DNA of 64,000 nucleotides from Clostridiales bacterium DTU086 (lineage in GTDB: Bacteria > Bacillota > DTU086), in NCBI GenBank assembly GCA_001513335.1, contig LFTO01000116.1, positions 536 to 64,535 of the forward strand. The letters run 5' to 3'. A program made the position numbers and the translations under genes. The notes beneath the pieces are model-generated. The model was not told the DNA's origin and made no database searches. It saw only the letters and a list, made by a program, of their open reading frames with translations. Below, piece by piece: positions 20,005 through 29,959 of the stretch (position 1 is the first letter of the stretch; the number at the start of each line of letters is the position of its first letter).

Positions 20005-21003
20005 TTGGTAGGGGTGTCACAGGTTATTGTTGGTTTTCCGACAACCCTTACGTACTATCTTCATTACCCAATGTGGAAAGTCTTTTTTTCCGAGCTTGGG
20101 TGCAAAGTAGAGACTTCCCCAATGACAAATAAAAAAATATTGGATGAAGGAGTAAAGGAAACTGTTACTGATGCTTGCGTACCTATTAAGCTTTACCATG
20201 GACATGCAGTTGCATTAAAGGATAAAGTGGATTACCTGTTTATTCCCCGAATGGTTAATGTAGATAGTGATAAAAACATTACATTTTGTCCAAAGTTTTT
20301 GGGGCTGCCGGATATGATTAAAGCTTCAATACCTAACCTTCCGAAAATTATTTCTCCCAGCCTGGACAGGAAATCGGGACATTATTACCTGTATAAGGCC
20401 TGCAGGGAGATCGGGAGACAGCTTGAAAAGCCTGCCTCGCTGATCTTTCGGGCGTATAGGAGAGCGGTATCAATACAGAAAAAATTTGAAAAAATCATGG
20501 TACAGAATAAGCTTAATCCTGTTGAAGGAATAGACTATTTATTTAACAGTGGCTCATGTTCAGAGCGACCGGATGCAGATTTAAATATTGCCGTTCTTGG
20601 CTATCCTTACCAAATATATGACCCCTATATAAGTGCTAACTTAATGTCATGGCTGGAGAATCATAAGGTTAGAACCTGGACTATGGAGATGGTTGATTAT
20701 TCCCAGCTCCAGAAATACTCCGGCAAATTGAAGAAAAAGCTCTTTTGGCACTTCAGCAATAAAGTGGTTTGGGCATGTTACCACTATCTGGACCAGCCTC
20801 ACATTGACGGTATTATTCATGTTACTGCCTTTTCGTGCGGTCCCGATGCAATGGTGGATAAGCTGGTTGAATTAGAGTGTAAACAAAGAAACTTCCCGTT
20901 TTTGAGTTTGATGATAGATGAACAAACGGGAGAGGGCGGCGTTACTACAAGGTTGGAAGCCTTTACGGATATGATCAGATATCGGAGGGAGCAGCAGGGG
21001 TGA
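20005..21003 (+). CDS. 2-hydroxyacyl-CoA dehydratase-like subunit (HgdB/DUF2229-type, activase-associated)
   Basis: Conserved C-terminal MIDEQTGEGGVTTRLEAF, shared with the next ORF. This is typical of the atypical-dehydratase-like components that accompany BadF/BcrA-type activases. Confidence 0.6.
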   Translation: MVGVSQVIVGFPTTLTYYLHYPMWKVFFSELGCKVETSPMTNKKILDEGVKETVTDACVPIKLYHGHAVALKDKVDYLFIPRMVNVDSDKNITFCPKFLGLPDMIKASIPNLPKIISPSLDRKSGHYYLYKACREIGRQLEKPASLIFRAYRRAVSIQKKFEKIMVQNKLNPVEGIDYLFNSGSCSERPDADLNIAVLGYPYQIYDPYISANLMSWLENHKVRTWTMEMVDYSQLQKYSGKLKKKLFWHFSNKVVWACYHYLDQPHIDGIIHVTAFSCGPDAMVDKLVELECKQRNFPFLSLMIDEQTGEGGVTTRLEAFTDMIRYRREQQG

Positions 21004-22085
21004 AGATTTCATTTCCTCGTATGGGAAACTCTTATATCGGCTTCAAACATCTTTGTGAGGGACTTGGGTTTGAAGTTGTTGTGCCTCCAAGCCTGACACA
21101 GAAGACTATTACCTATGGCGCCAGATATTCACCTGAATTTGCCTGTATGCCCTTTAAGGTATTGACTGGTACTTATGTAGAGGTACTTGAAAAAGGCGCT
21201 GATGTAATAATATCCTCTGGTGGTATAGGTCCTTGCAGGGCAGGGTTTTATGGAGTCCTTCACGAAAAAATTCTTAAGGACATAGGTTATGATTTTAAAT
21301 TTATAGTTGTTGACCCTCCTATGGCAAATTTGAAAGATTTTTACAACAACGTTTTATTTTTAAAACCCAGGAATTTAAAATGGGGTAGTTTCCTGAAAAA
21401 GGTTCGGACTGCTTGGAAGATGCTAACTGCTTTGGATGGCCTTGACATGCTGGTGGCGCAAAGGCGCGCTTATGAATTGAAAAAGGGGGACACCCAGAAA
21501 GCTTTTGAAACAGCAGTCAGCTATATTGACTCTGCAGAAACTTACAAGGAAGTAGTTGAAGCTGAAACAGAAGGAAGAAAACTGATTGAAAGAGTGCCTT
21601 GCGATGAGACTAGAAAACCCCTCAGGGTCGGAATTGTTGGGGAAATATATGTAGTTATTGAACCATTTATGAATATGGATATTGAAAGGCGCCTTGGGGA
21701 AATGGGGGTTATTACTCACCGTTCCATTTACGTGACAACCTATGTAAGGCATACCATTTGGGACAGAAAGGCAGAAGATTACATTAAAGATGCTGCCAGG
21801 CCTTATTTGAAACAAATGGTAGGTGGCCACGGTATTAACAGTGTTGGGGAAACTGTTCTTTATGGAAAGGACAATTATGACGGGGTGGTACAGTTAGCCC
21901 CCTTTACCTGCATTCCGGAAATTGTCGCCCGCAGTATTCTGCCTAAGGTTAGCAGGGATTATGATATCCCTGTATTAACCCTTCACATAGATGAACAGAC
22001 TGGGGAAACCGGCGTACAGACGCGCCTGGAGGCTTTTTTGGATTTGCTTAGGGAAAAACAAAAAGTCTTGGGGGAATGTAGTTAG
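21000..22085 (+). CDS. 2-hydroxyacyl-CoA dehydratase-like subunit (second, paralogous component)
   Basis: HIDEQTGETGVQTRLEAF C-terminal motif. Overlaps the previous ORF by 4 nt. Confidence 0.6.
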   Translation: MKISFPRMGNSYIGFKHLCEGLGFEVVVPPSLTQKTITYGARYSPEFACMPFKVLTGTYVEVLEKGADVIISSGGIGPCRAGFYGVLHEKILKDIGYDFKFIVVDPPMANLKDFYNNVLFLKPRNLKWGSFLKKVRTAWKMLTALDGLDMLVAQRRAYELKKGDTQKAFETAVSYIDSAETYKEVVEAETEGRKLIERVPCDETRKPLRVGIVGEIYVVIEPFMNMDIERRLGEMGVITHRSIYVTTYVRHTIWDRKAEDYIKDAARPYLKQMVGGHGINSVGETVLYGKDNYDGVVQLAPFTCIPEIVARSILPKVSRDYDIPVLTLHIDEQTGETGVQTRLEAFLDLLREKQKVLGECS

Positions 22086-22086
22086 A

Positions 22087-23049
22087 ATGCGTACATACAT
22101 GGGGATTGACGTTGGTTCTGTCAGCACGGATGTCGTATTGATTGATGACGATAATAATGTAATTGCATCTGCATATATCAGGACTGCCGGTCAACCTATC
22201 AAGGCAGTCCAGGAAGGTTTGAGGCTCATTTCCAGGGAAAAGCCGCCGGAAGCAAAAGTATATGCCGTAGGAAGTACCGGCAGTGCCCGGGAACTGGCTG
22301 CCGCGATTGTAGGTGCTGATGTGGTAAAAAACGAAATAACAGCCCATGCGGTAGCTTCGTCTACTCTTGTTCCCGGTGTCCAGACAATTATTGAAATCGG
22401 CGGCCAGGATTCCAAAATAATTATTCTGCGCAATGGCGTTGTTTCAGATTTTGCTATGAACACTGTATGTGCTGCCGGGACCGGATCTTTTTTGGACCAG
22501 CAGGCAGCCAGGCTGGGAATCCCAATTAATGAATTTGGGAAAATTGCATTAAAGTCGAAAAACTCTGTCAGGATAGCAGGAAGATGCTCTGTGTTTGCTG
22601 AATCTGATATGATTCATAAACAGCAGATGGGCCATAAAATGGAAGACTTGCTTGCCGGCTTGTGCGAGGCTCTGGTAAGAAATTACCTGAACAATGTGGG
22701 AAAAGGCAAGCAAATTCTTCCGCCTGTTGCTTTTCAAGGCGGTGTTGCTGCTAACGAGGGTATGAAGAAAGCCCTGGAAAAGGCTTTGGGCATGGAAGTG
22801 ATTATTCCGAAAGATTATTGTTTGATGGGCGCCATTGGCGCAGCTATGCTTGCCAGGAAGCAAGAAAGGGAAAACGGGCAGACAAATTTCCGGGGATTTG
22901 ATGTAACGGATATTAATTACCAGGTAACCAGTTTTGAATGTACAAAGTGCCCGAATCTCTGCGAAATCATATGTATATCCATTGGTGAAAATGATATCTG
23001 CCGCTGGGGTGGTAGGTGCGAAAGGTGGCAAATATCTGGCGAAAAATAG
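22087..23049 (+). CDS. BadF/BadG/BcrA/BcrD-type ATPase (CoA-substrate-specific enzyme activase) with a Cys-rich C-terminal tail
   Basis: MGIDVGSVSTDVVLID is the ASKHA N-terminus and GAIGAAMLA the C-terminal helix. The extra tail reads FECTKCPNLCEIICISIGENDICRWGGRCE. Confidence 0.75.
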   Translation: MRTYMGIDVGSVSTDVVLIDDDNNVIASAYIRTAGQPIKAVQEGLRLISREKPPEAKVYAVGSTGSARELAAAIVGADVVKNEITAHAVASSTLVPGVQTIIEIGGQDSKIIILRNGVVSDFAMNTVCAAGTGSFLDQQAARLGIPINEFGKIALKSKNSVRIAGRCSVFAESDMIHKQQMGHKMEDLLAGLCEALVRNYLNNVGKGKQILPPVAFQGGVAANEGMKKALEKALGMEVIIPKDYCLMGAIGAAMLARKQERENGQTNFRGFDVTDINYQVTSFECTKCPNLCEIICISIGENDICRWGGRCERWQISGEK

Positions 23050-23075
23050 GGTACTATTAAAAAGGGTGGTTTCTT

Positions 23076-23522
23076 TTGTCTAAGTCTTTTGAAGATATTT
23101 GCCTGGAACTGAAGAACAGGGAATACAAACTTACACCTCAACGTCAGGTTATTTTAAGGGTGTTTATGAACAACAGAGGCAGCCATTTAAGTGCCGAAGA
23201 CGTGTACTCCATGGTAAAAAGACACAACCCGGATGTGGGATTAGCCACAGTGTACCGGACTCTCGATTTACTGGCTGATTTAGAAGTCCTGCAAAAAATG
23301 GACTTTGGGGACGGCAAAGCCCGGTTTGAATTAAACGATACTGAGGCACACCATCATCACCACCTTATCTGTTTAAATTGCGGAAAAGTGGAAGAATTTG
23401 ATGCCGACCTTTTAGAGCGGCTGGAAGCCAGTATCGAAGAAAAAACAGGTTTTGAAATTATTAATCATAGGCTGAAGTTTTTTGGGTACTGTACTGATTG
23501 TAAAGGGTTGGAGCAAAGTTAA
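23076..23522 (+). CDS. fur: Fur-family metalloregulator
   Basis: Close to Bacillus Fur: LTPQR..HLSAEDVY..LATVYRTLDLL..HHHHHLICLNCGKVEEF..HRLKFFGYCTDC. Confidence 0.85.
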   Translation: MSKSFEDICLELKNREYKLTPQRQVILRVFMNNRGSHLSAEDVYSMVKRHNPDVGLATVYRTLDLLADLEVLQKMDFGDGKARFELNDTEAHHHHHLICLNCGKVEEFDADLLERLEASIEEKTGFEIINHRLKFFGYCTDCKGLEQS

Positions 23523-23653
23523 TGTTTTAATTTTCAGGACTTGGGAACAAAGTAGCGGAGTTTTTTGTCAATGCTAAAGGGATAGTTTATTCAGCAGCTT
23601 AAAGGGTAAAAATTAAGGGAAAATATGTAAGCTATGAAATTGGGGGAATAACA

Positions 23654-24217
23654 TTGGATCTGGAAAAGATTGAGGAAGGAGTCAGATTAATTTTAGAAGG
23701 CATAGGAGAGGATCTTTCCCGGGAGGGGTTAGTCAGCACTCCTGCCAGAGTAGCCCGAATGTACCAAGAAATGTTTCAAGGAATGGAAGAGGACCCCGGC
23801 GAACTGCTCGAGGTTTTTTTTACGGAAAAACATGAGGAAATGATATTGGTTAAAGATATACCTTTTTATTCTATGTGCGAACATCATCTTCTACCTTTTT
23901 ACGGAAAGGCCCATGTTGCCTATATCCCTGCAGATCAGAAAATCACTGGGTTAAGCAAGCTGGTTCGTGTAATTGAAGGGTACAGCAAGAGGCCGCAGCT
24001 CCAGGAGAGGTTGACGGGTCAAATAGCGGATACAATTATGCGCATTCTAACCCCCCAGGGGGTCTTGGTTGTAATTGAGGCAGAGCATATGTGCATGACC
24101 ATGCGGGGGGTTAATAAACCCGGTTCCATGACTTTGACTTCTGCAGTGCGGGGTATATTCCGGTCCAATTCTGCTACCCGTGCTGAGGCCTTTTCCTTAA
24201 TTAAAGGTAACAGGTAG
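23654..24217 (+). CDS. folE: GTP cyclohydrolase I
   Basis: [33 protein letters not shown] signature. Confidence 0.9.
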   Translation: MDLEKIEEGVRLILEGIGEDLSREGLVSTPARVARMYQEMFQGMEEDPGELLEVFFTEKHEEMILVKDIPFYSMCEHHLLPFYGKAHVAYIPADQKITGLSKLVRVIEGYSKRPQLQERLTGQIADTIMRILTPQGVLVVIEAEHMCMTMRGVNKPGSMTLTSAVRGIFRSNSATRAEAFSLIKGNR

Positions 24218-24279
24218 AATTTAAGAACTGTCCTTTACAGAGAGTTGAAATCAGGATGGAAAAGAGGTAAATAAAATTA

Positions 24280-24807
24280 ATGGGGAAAATCGGAAATATT
24301 TTAAAAGAAACTATTACCACTATTCTTCTGGCTTTCATTTTAGCTCTAGTTATCAGGGCTTATGTGGTTGAAGCGCGGATGATTCCTTCCGGGTCTATGC
24401 TTCCAACAATTGAAGAAGGAGACAGAGTTCTGGTCAATAAAATTGTATATCACTTTCGCGAACCGGAACGGGGGGAAATAATTGTCTTTGAGGCTCCTGT
24501 AAATATGGGGGGAACTGACGATGATTTTATCAAGCGGGTAATAGGTCTTCCCGGAGAGACAGTAGAAATAAAAAACGGTAAAGTATATATTGACGGCGAA
24601 GCCCTGGAAGAGGACTATATAGCAGAAGACCCCGATTATAATTTTGGACCGGTTAAAGTTCCCGATGATGCTCTTTTTGTAATGGGTGACAACAGAAATT
24701 CCAGTTATGACAGCCACCTTTGGAATAACTGGCTGCGTCTCGATAAGGTCAAGGGGGAAGCGTTTATAAGGTATTGGCCCCTGGACAGGTTGGGGAAAAT
24801 TGAATAG
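24280..24807 (+). CDS. lepB: signal peptidase I
   Basis: GSMLPTIEEGDRVLVNK (catalytic Ser), RVIGLPGETV, and the GDNRNSSYDS box. Confidence 0.9.
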   Translation: MGKIGNILKETITTILLAFILALVIRAYVVEARMIPSGSMLPTIEEGDRVLVNKIVYHFREPERGEIIVFEAPVNMGGTDDDFIKRVIGLPGETVEIKNGKVYIDGEALEEDYIAEDPDYNFGPVKVPDDALFVMGDNRNSSYDSHLWNNWLRLDKVKGEAFIRYWPLDRLGKIE

Positions 24808-24820
24808 TTCGGAGGAAAAA

Positions 24821-25585
24821 ATGCGTATTTTAATTACCAATGATGATGGTGTCCAGGCTGAGGGTATTCAGGCTCTGGCAGCCTATCTGAATAAGCAACA
24901 CAACGTATTTGTTGTTGCTCCCGAGAGGGAGAGAAGTGCTACAGGTCACGGCATTACTATGCATAAACCCCTGCGGGTCACGGAAGTAAAAATGAGGTAT
25001 TGTGAAAAAATTGCCCTGGCAGTATCCGGTACACCGGCAGATTGTGTCAAACTGGCAGTCGAAGAGCTGATGGAGAAACCACCTGATGTGATTGTCTCGG
25101 GGATTAACTGCGGGGCGAATATGGGAACGGACATACTTTACTCCGGTACGGTTTCAGCAGCTATAGAGGGTACGTTAAATGGCTTTAAATCTATGGCTGT
25201 ATCCCTGGACACTGAGAATAGTTATCCCGATTTTTCCAATGCGGTAAAATTCTCAGCGAAGCTGATTGAAATATATTTTCAAAACAAAATACCTGCAGAT
25301 ACCCTTCTGAATGTTAACATTCCTGATGTGCCCTGGGAGGAAGTAAAAGGGGTTCAAATAACCAGCCTTAGCAGTAGAAAATATGTGGATTCAGTTGAAA
25401 GGAGGCAGGACCCCAGGGGTAGGCCTTACTTTTGGCTTGCTGGTCACATTGATGACCAGGGGTGCCAGCCTGATTCCGATGCTGCTGCTTTAAAAAACAA
25501 CTTTATAAGCATATCTCCTGTCCATTTCGATCTTACCAACTATGAGATAATTGAGGAAATATCCCGGTGGAAGATTAATATATAG
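24821..25585 (+). CDS. surE: 5'/3'-nucleotidase SurE
   Basis: MRILITNDDG N-terminus with a GGAGGA RBS. The ORF track starts at an upstream in-frame ATG at 24800. Confidence 0.9.
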   Translation: MRILITNDDGVQAEGIQALAAYLNKQHNVFVVAPERERSATGHGITMHKPLRVTEVKMRYCEKIALAVSGTPADCVKLAVEELMEKPPDVIVSGINCGANMGTDILYSGTVSAAIEGTLNGFKSMAVSLDTENSYPDFSNAVKFSAKLIEIYFQNKIPADTLLNVNIPDVPWEEVKGVQITSLSSRKYVDSVERRQDPRGRPYFWLAGHIDDQGCQPDSDAAALKNNFISISPVHFDLTNYEIIEEISRWKINI

Positions 25586-27155
25586 AATTCAAAAAAGGGC
25601 CTATTCCAGGAATTTTGGAAAGATCGTCCTTTTTTATTGTTCCTGAAAACAGAAGGTAAACAAAATATGCTGTTCCACCGGCAAATAAAGAACCTATTGT
25701 GGTGATTATTACATCACCTGTCCAGGCCCAAATAAGCTGAAACAGTGAATAAACAACTCCTCCCATTAAGAATGAACCAACCAGCGGAACTACCACAAAA
25801 TTGCCGAAACTAAAGGAAACCCCTGTAAAGTAACAAACTGAGCAGAGATTAAGGAGCGCTACCAGAGCCCAACTGATATCCATTGCAATGGCGGTGCCCC
25901 TGATTCCGTATGTGGGGACAGCAGTCAGCACATATATCAGGGCAATATTGCATGCGGCCCCAGCTGCGGAATTGCGCAGGGTAATCCCCACTTTACCAAG
26001 ACCCTGGAGTATACCACTGGAGGTCTGGGAAAGATAAAGAAATATGCAGCCTATGGCCAGTATCCTTAAAGGGATTCCCGATTCAGGCGAATTAAAGATA
26101 ATGCTGCAAAGCTGTTCGGGGAGTAGGTAAAAAACAACACCTGCAGGTAAGCCCACTATTAAACTTAACTGCAGGGCCTTTACCGTCCGGGACCTTAAAA
26201 GGTGATAATCTTTTTTTGACAAAGCCTCTGATGTGGCAGGTACCAGGGTTGTTGCCAGCGATAGGGTAATAATTGTTGGTAGGCCTAAAAGAGAAATGGC
26301 TATTCCGCTGAACTGTCCGTATAATTCCGTTGCCTGCCGGAGAGTATTTCCTGCTACCTGGAGCCGTAGTGGAATTACAATGGCCTGGAGAGCCAGAAGA
26401 AGGCTGTTAATAAGCCTTGAAAGGGATACCGGAATAGCAAAGGCAAATAGGCTCATGAGTATATTTCCTGTTGAGTTCCATTTTTGTCTATAATTTAATG
26501 GCAGCAATTTCTTTTGGTTTTTCCTGTGAGATGCATAGGTAAGGGCAAGTACCAATAAGCCTAATAATTCTCCCAGCATTGTACCCGCTGCCAGTCCTGC
26601 AACAGAATACTCAATTCCATAAGGCAGTAGTTTTGAGGCAAAATATATGCCCACCGTTACCCGAATAACCTGTTCAACAACCTGGCCTATTGCAGGTGGA
26701 ACCATGTTCTGCAGCCCCTGATAATATCCTCTAAAGGCTGAAGATATTGAAGTAAAGAAAAGGGTAGGGGAAAGGGTTAGTATGCACCAATATACACGCG
26801 GGTCTGGGAGTATTTCTCCCACCAAAGTGGGAATAAAAGCCCATAGTACTCCCACTGAGATAAGGCCTGAGCACAGAAGAAATCCTAATGCCACCCAAAA
26901 AATCTTTCTTGCTTCACGGATATTTCCCAGAGAAACCTGCTCCGAGACATATTTAGATATTGCCAGGGGAATTCCGGCTGTAGTGACAACAAGGATAAGG
27001 CTGTAAACGGGAATAACCATTTCGTACAATCCGATTCCCTCAGGGCCTACAACCCTTACGGCAAATATCCGGTACAGAAATCCAATAACTTTATTGATGA
27101 AGCCTGCAATAATGAGAACGACTGCTCCACGCATGAAAGCCCCCTGTACTGCCAA
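25575..27155 (-). CDS. MOP-superfamily polysaccharide/peptidoglycan-precursor flippase (SpoVB-like)
   Basis: 526 aa with about 14 TM helices, typical of the Wzx/MurJ/SpoVB family. Confidence 0.6.
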   Translation of the reverse strand: MAVQGAFMRGAVVLIIAGFINKVIGFLYRIFAVRVVGPEGIGLYEMVIPVYSLILVVTTAGIPLAISKYVSEQVSLGNIREARKIFWVALGFLLCSGLISVGVLWAFIPTLVGEILPDPRVYWCILTLSPTLFFTSISSAFRGYYQGLQNMVPPAIGQVVEQVIRVTVGIYFASKLLPYGIEYSVAGLAAGTMLGELLGLLVLALTYASHRKNQKKLLPLNYRQKWNSTGNILMSLFAFAIPVSLSRLINSLLLALQAIVIPLRLQVAGNTLRQATELYGQFSGIAISLLGLPTIITLSLATTLVPATSEALSKKDYHLLRSRTVKALQLSLIVGLPAGVVFYLLPEQLCSIIFNSPESGIPLRILAIGCIFLYLSQTSSGILQGLGKVGITLRNSAAGAACNIALIYVLTAVPTYGIRGTAIAMDISWALVALLNLCSVCYFTGVSFSFGNFVVVPLVGSFLMGGVVYSLFQLIWAWTGDVIITTIGSLFAGGTAYFVYLLFSGTIKKDDLSKIPGIGPFLNSIY

Positions 27156-27445
27156 TACTGTTCAGCCCCTTCAACCATGTCCTAAAGAAGTCTATGCATG
27201 TCTGCCGGGGGTTAGAAAGCAATTTTGAGTGTTAAGCATATCTGTGCCTATTTTGGGCATAATTAACAGGGTAAATTTGTTATAATGTTGCCTGAGGAAA
27301 AATTTTGTTGAGAATGAAAAGGATTTTAACGTTTTGGGGACTAATAGATAATAGATATTGGTGTAGCTTTTACTATTAAAATAAATAGCTTTAGCTGCAT
27401 TCCAAAAATAGGAACCCCTGTAACTTAGGAAGAGGAGGAAGTAAA

Positions 27446-29482
27446 TTGAAGGTATTTGAAACGGAAAAAATAAGAAACATAGCTGTTATTGCCCACGGTG
27501 GTGCCGGAAAGACTTCCCTGGTGGAGGCTATTTTAGGAAATACAGGTGTCTTAAAACGTGTTGGAAGAGTAGAAGATGGGAATACCACTACTGACTATGA
27601 CCCGGAAGAAATAAAAAGGCAGATTACCATAAATACCACTGCTGCTTTCTGTCAATGGAAGGATTGTAAAATAAACCTTTTAGATACCCCCGGCTTTGCG
27701 GATTTTTCTGCAGATGTCCGTAGCGCCTTAAGAGTAGCAGATGGAGCGGCTGTACTTGTGTCAGCACCGGATGGTGTTGAAGTAATGACCGAAGTCTACT
27801 GGGGATTAGCTGAAAAGAAAAACCTTCCCAGGATAATTTTTGTAAACAAGATGGACAGGGAAAATGCTAATTTTGAAGCTGCCCTGGATCAGCTTAAAAA
27901 GAATTTTGGAAATAAAGTTGCTGCCCTGCAGATCCCAATAGGAAAAGAAGACAGCTTCAAAGGGGTAGTGGATATCTTAAAGCAAAAAGCCTATATATTT
28001 AACGGTGGCAAGGTTGAAGAACAGGATATACCTGCAGACTTGGCTGAACAGGCTGCTGCGGAACGGGAAGCTCTGGCTGAAGCAGTTGCAGAATCCGATG
28101 ATGAACTCCTTATGAAGTACCTGGAAGGAGAAGAACTTACAGCAGAGGAAATCGAGCAGGGCCTTCGGGTTGGGGTTAGAAACGCTAATGTCTTCCCTGT
28201 GTTCTGTGGTTCTGCCATTAAGAATATCGCAGTCACTTCCCTTATGGATGCTTTTGTTGACCTTATGCCCAACCCCGCCGAAGTGGCTGGTGAAGATTCG
28301 GATCCTGACGCTCCCTTTGCCGGGCTGGTATTTAAGACTCTTGCGGACCCTTATGTTGGCAAACTCAGTTTCATCAGAGTGTACAAAGGTGCTCTTACTG
28401 CCGAGAAACCTTTATTAAACGCTAATAAAGATATTGAAGAAAAAATCGGACAGGTTTTGGTGGTTAGGGGCAAATATCAGGAAAGTGTAGACCGGCTGAA
28501 CTGCGGAGATATTGGAGCTATCCCTAAACTACAGGAAACGGAAACCGGCGATACTTTATGTGTTAAGGGTGAAAAAGTTATTTTTGAAGGGATAGAATTC
28601 CCGCCCAGCAATTTCTCAGTGGCTATTGCTCCTAAGAATAAAGGGGATGAAGATAAACTAGGTACAGCTATGAGCAAAATTCTAAGCGAAGATCCAACCC
28701 TGAGTCTGGAAAAGAATTTGGAAACTAACCAAAATATTTTTACAGGTGTTGGTGAACTGCAGCTTGATGTTGCCGTTTCCAAAATGAAGGACAGGTATGG
28801 TGTGGAAGTTGAAGTTGAAACACCTAAAGTACCTTACAGGGAAACGATTAGGTCTTCGGTTGCCAAGGTGGAAGGCAAATACAAAAAACAGACCGGTGGT
28901 CACGGCCAGTACGGGCATGTATTCCTAGACGTTGAACCTCTACCGGAAGAGCACTTCCAATTTGAGGAAACAATTTTTGGCGGTGCAGTTCCCAAGCAGT
29001 ATATCCCAGCCGTGGAAAAGGGTGTCCAGGAAGCTCTTTCAGAAGGGATTTTGGCGGGTTACCCGGTTACTAATGTCAAAGTAACATTGGTGGACGGATC
29101 TTATCACAACGTTGACTCTTCTGAATTTGCATTTAAGCTTGCTGGTTCTATGGCTTTCAAAAAAGCAATGGAGCAGGCTAATCCAGTGCTCTTGGAGCCT
29201 ATTATGGAGGTTGAGGTTAGGGTTCCCGAGAGATTTATGGGTGATATTATGGGGGACCTGAACAGCAAACGTGGAAGAATACTTGGAATGGAACCTGTTG
29301 GGCAAGAACAGGTAATTCGCGCTCACGTTCCCCTTGCAGAAATGTATCGATATGCAATTGACCTCAAATCGATTACCCAGGGCAGAGGGGTCTTTACCAT
29401 GAAATTTTCACAGTATGAAGAAGCACCTCCGAATATAGCCCAAAAAGTGATTGAGATTGCAAATGCAGAAAAACAAGAATAA
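27446..29482 (+). CDS. elongation factor G paralogue (EF-G2-like translational GTPase)
   Basis: AVIAHGGAGKTSL, DTPGFADF, NKMDR; full EF-G domain set (678 aa). Confidence 0.8.
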   Translation: MKVFETEKIRNIAVIAHGGAGKTSLVEAILGNTGVLKRVGRVEDGNTTTDYDPEEIKRQITINTTAAFCQWKDCKINLLDTPGFADFSADVRSALRVADGAAVLVSAPDGVEVMTEVYWGLAEKKNLPRIIFVNKMDRENANFEAALDQLKKNFGNKVAALQIPIGKEDSFKGVVDILKQKAYIFNGGKVEEQDIPADLAEQAAAEREALAEAVAESDDELLMKYLEGEELTAEEIEQGLRVGVRNANVFPVFCGSAIKNIAVTSLMDAFVDLMPNPAEVAGEDSDPDAPFAGLVFKTLADPYVGKLSFIRVYKGALTAEKPLLNANKDIEEKIGQVLVVRGKYQESVDRLNCGDIGAIPKLQETETGDTLCVKGEKVIFEGIEFPPSNFSVAIAPKNKGDEDKLGTAMSKILSEDPTLSLEKNLETNQNIFTGVGELQLDVAVSKMKDRYGVEVEVETPKVPYRETIRSSVAKVEGKYKKQTGGHGQYGHVFLDVEPLPEEHFQFEETIFGGAVPKQYIPAVEKGVQEALSEGILAGYPVTNVKVTLVDGSYHNVDSSEFAFKLAGSMAFKKAMEQANPVLLEPIMEVEVRVPERFMGDIMGDLNSKRGRILGMEPVGQEQVIRAHVPLAEMYRYAIDLKSITQGRGVFTMKFSQYEEAPPNIAQKVIEIANAEKQE

Positions 29483-29493
29483 ATGATAAAGGG

Positions 29494-29529
29494 AAAAAAG
29501 AGCATCACTAAAAAAGTGGTGCTCTTTTC
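29494..29529. terminator. bidirectional intrinsic terminator between convergent genes
   Basis: GAGCATCAC-TAAAAAA-GTGGTGCTC flanked by an A-run and a T-run. Confidence 0.7.
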
Positions 29530-29544
29530 ATAAGTTTTAGTTTG

Positions 29545-29802
29545 TTAAAACATTTTGGTCACGCTGTCTGCGGAAATTTCATCTGAGCCTTTGGGGACAA
29601 AGGTTTTACAGCAGGTTTCCATACATTCTTGTGTAGGAGTAGGCTGGAGCTGTTTGGCCATAGTTGCGTCAACCCTGTCTGGCTGTTGGGAACCAAATTC
29701 ATCGGAAGTTACTAGTATTTCATTGGCCCCGCACTTGTTGCCGTTGGTCCAATAATGGCAATTGTTTACAATACAGTGAATATGCTGCTGATTTTGTTCC
29801 AT
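29545..29802 (-). CDS. small cysteine-rich protein (DUF1540-like tandem Cys motifs)
   Basis: 85 aa. HCIVNNCHYWTNGNKCGANEILV and a second CMETCCK block. The family assignment is tentative. Confidence 0.4.
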   Translation of the reverse strand: MEQNQQHIHCIVNNCHYWTNGNKCGANEILVTSDEFGSQQPDRVDATMAKQLQPTPTQECMETCCKTFVPKGSDEISADSVTKMF

Positions 29803-29959
29803 ATTTTTCTACTCCTTTCTAAGAGTGGTCAATTATATTTTCCCCGATAAGAAACGTATTATTCTAATGATAGCAGGCATAAATACCTAAAAAGGGAAAC
29901 TATGGTATAATTTAACAAACATGGTCTCTATTAGTATAAGTATTGGGGGGGAGGGTAAA

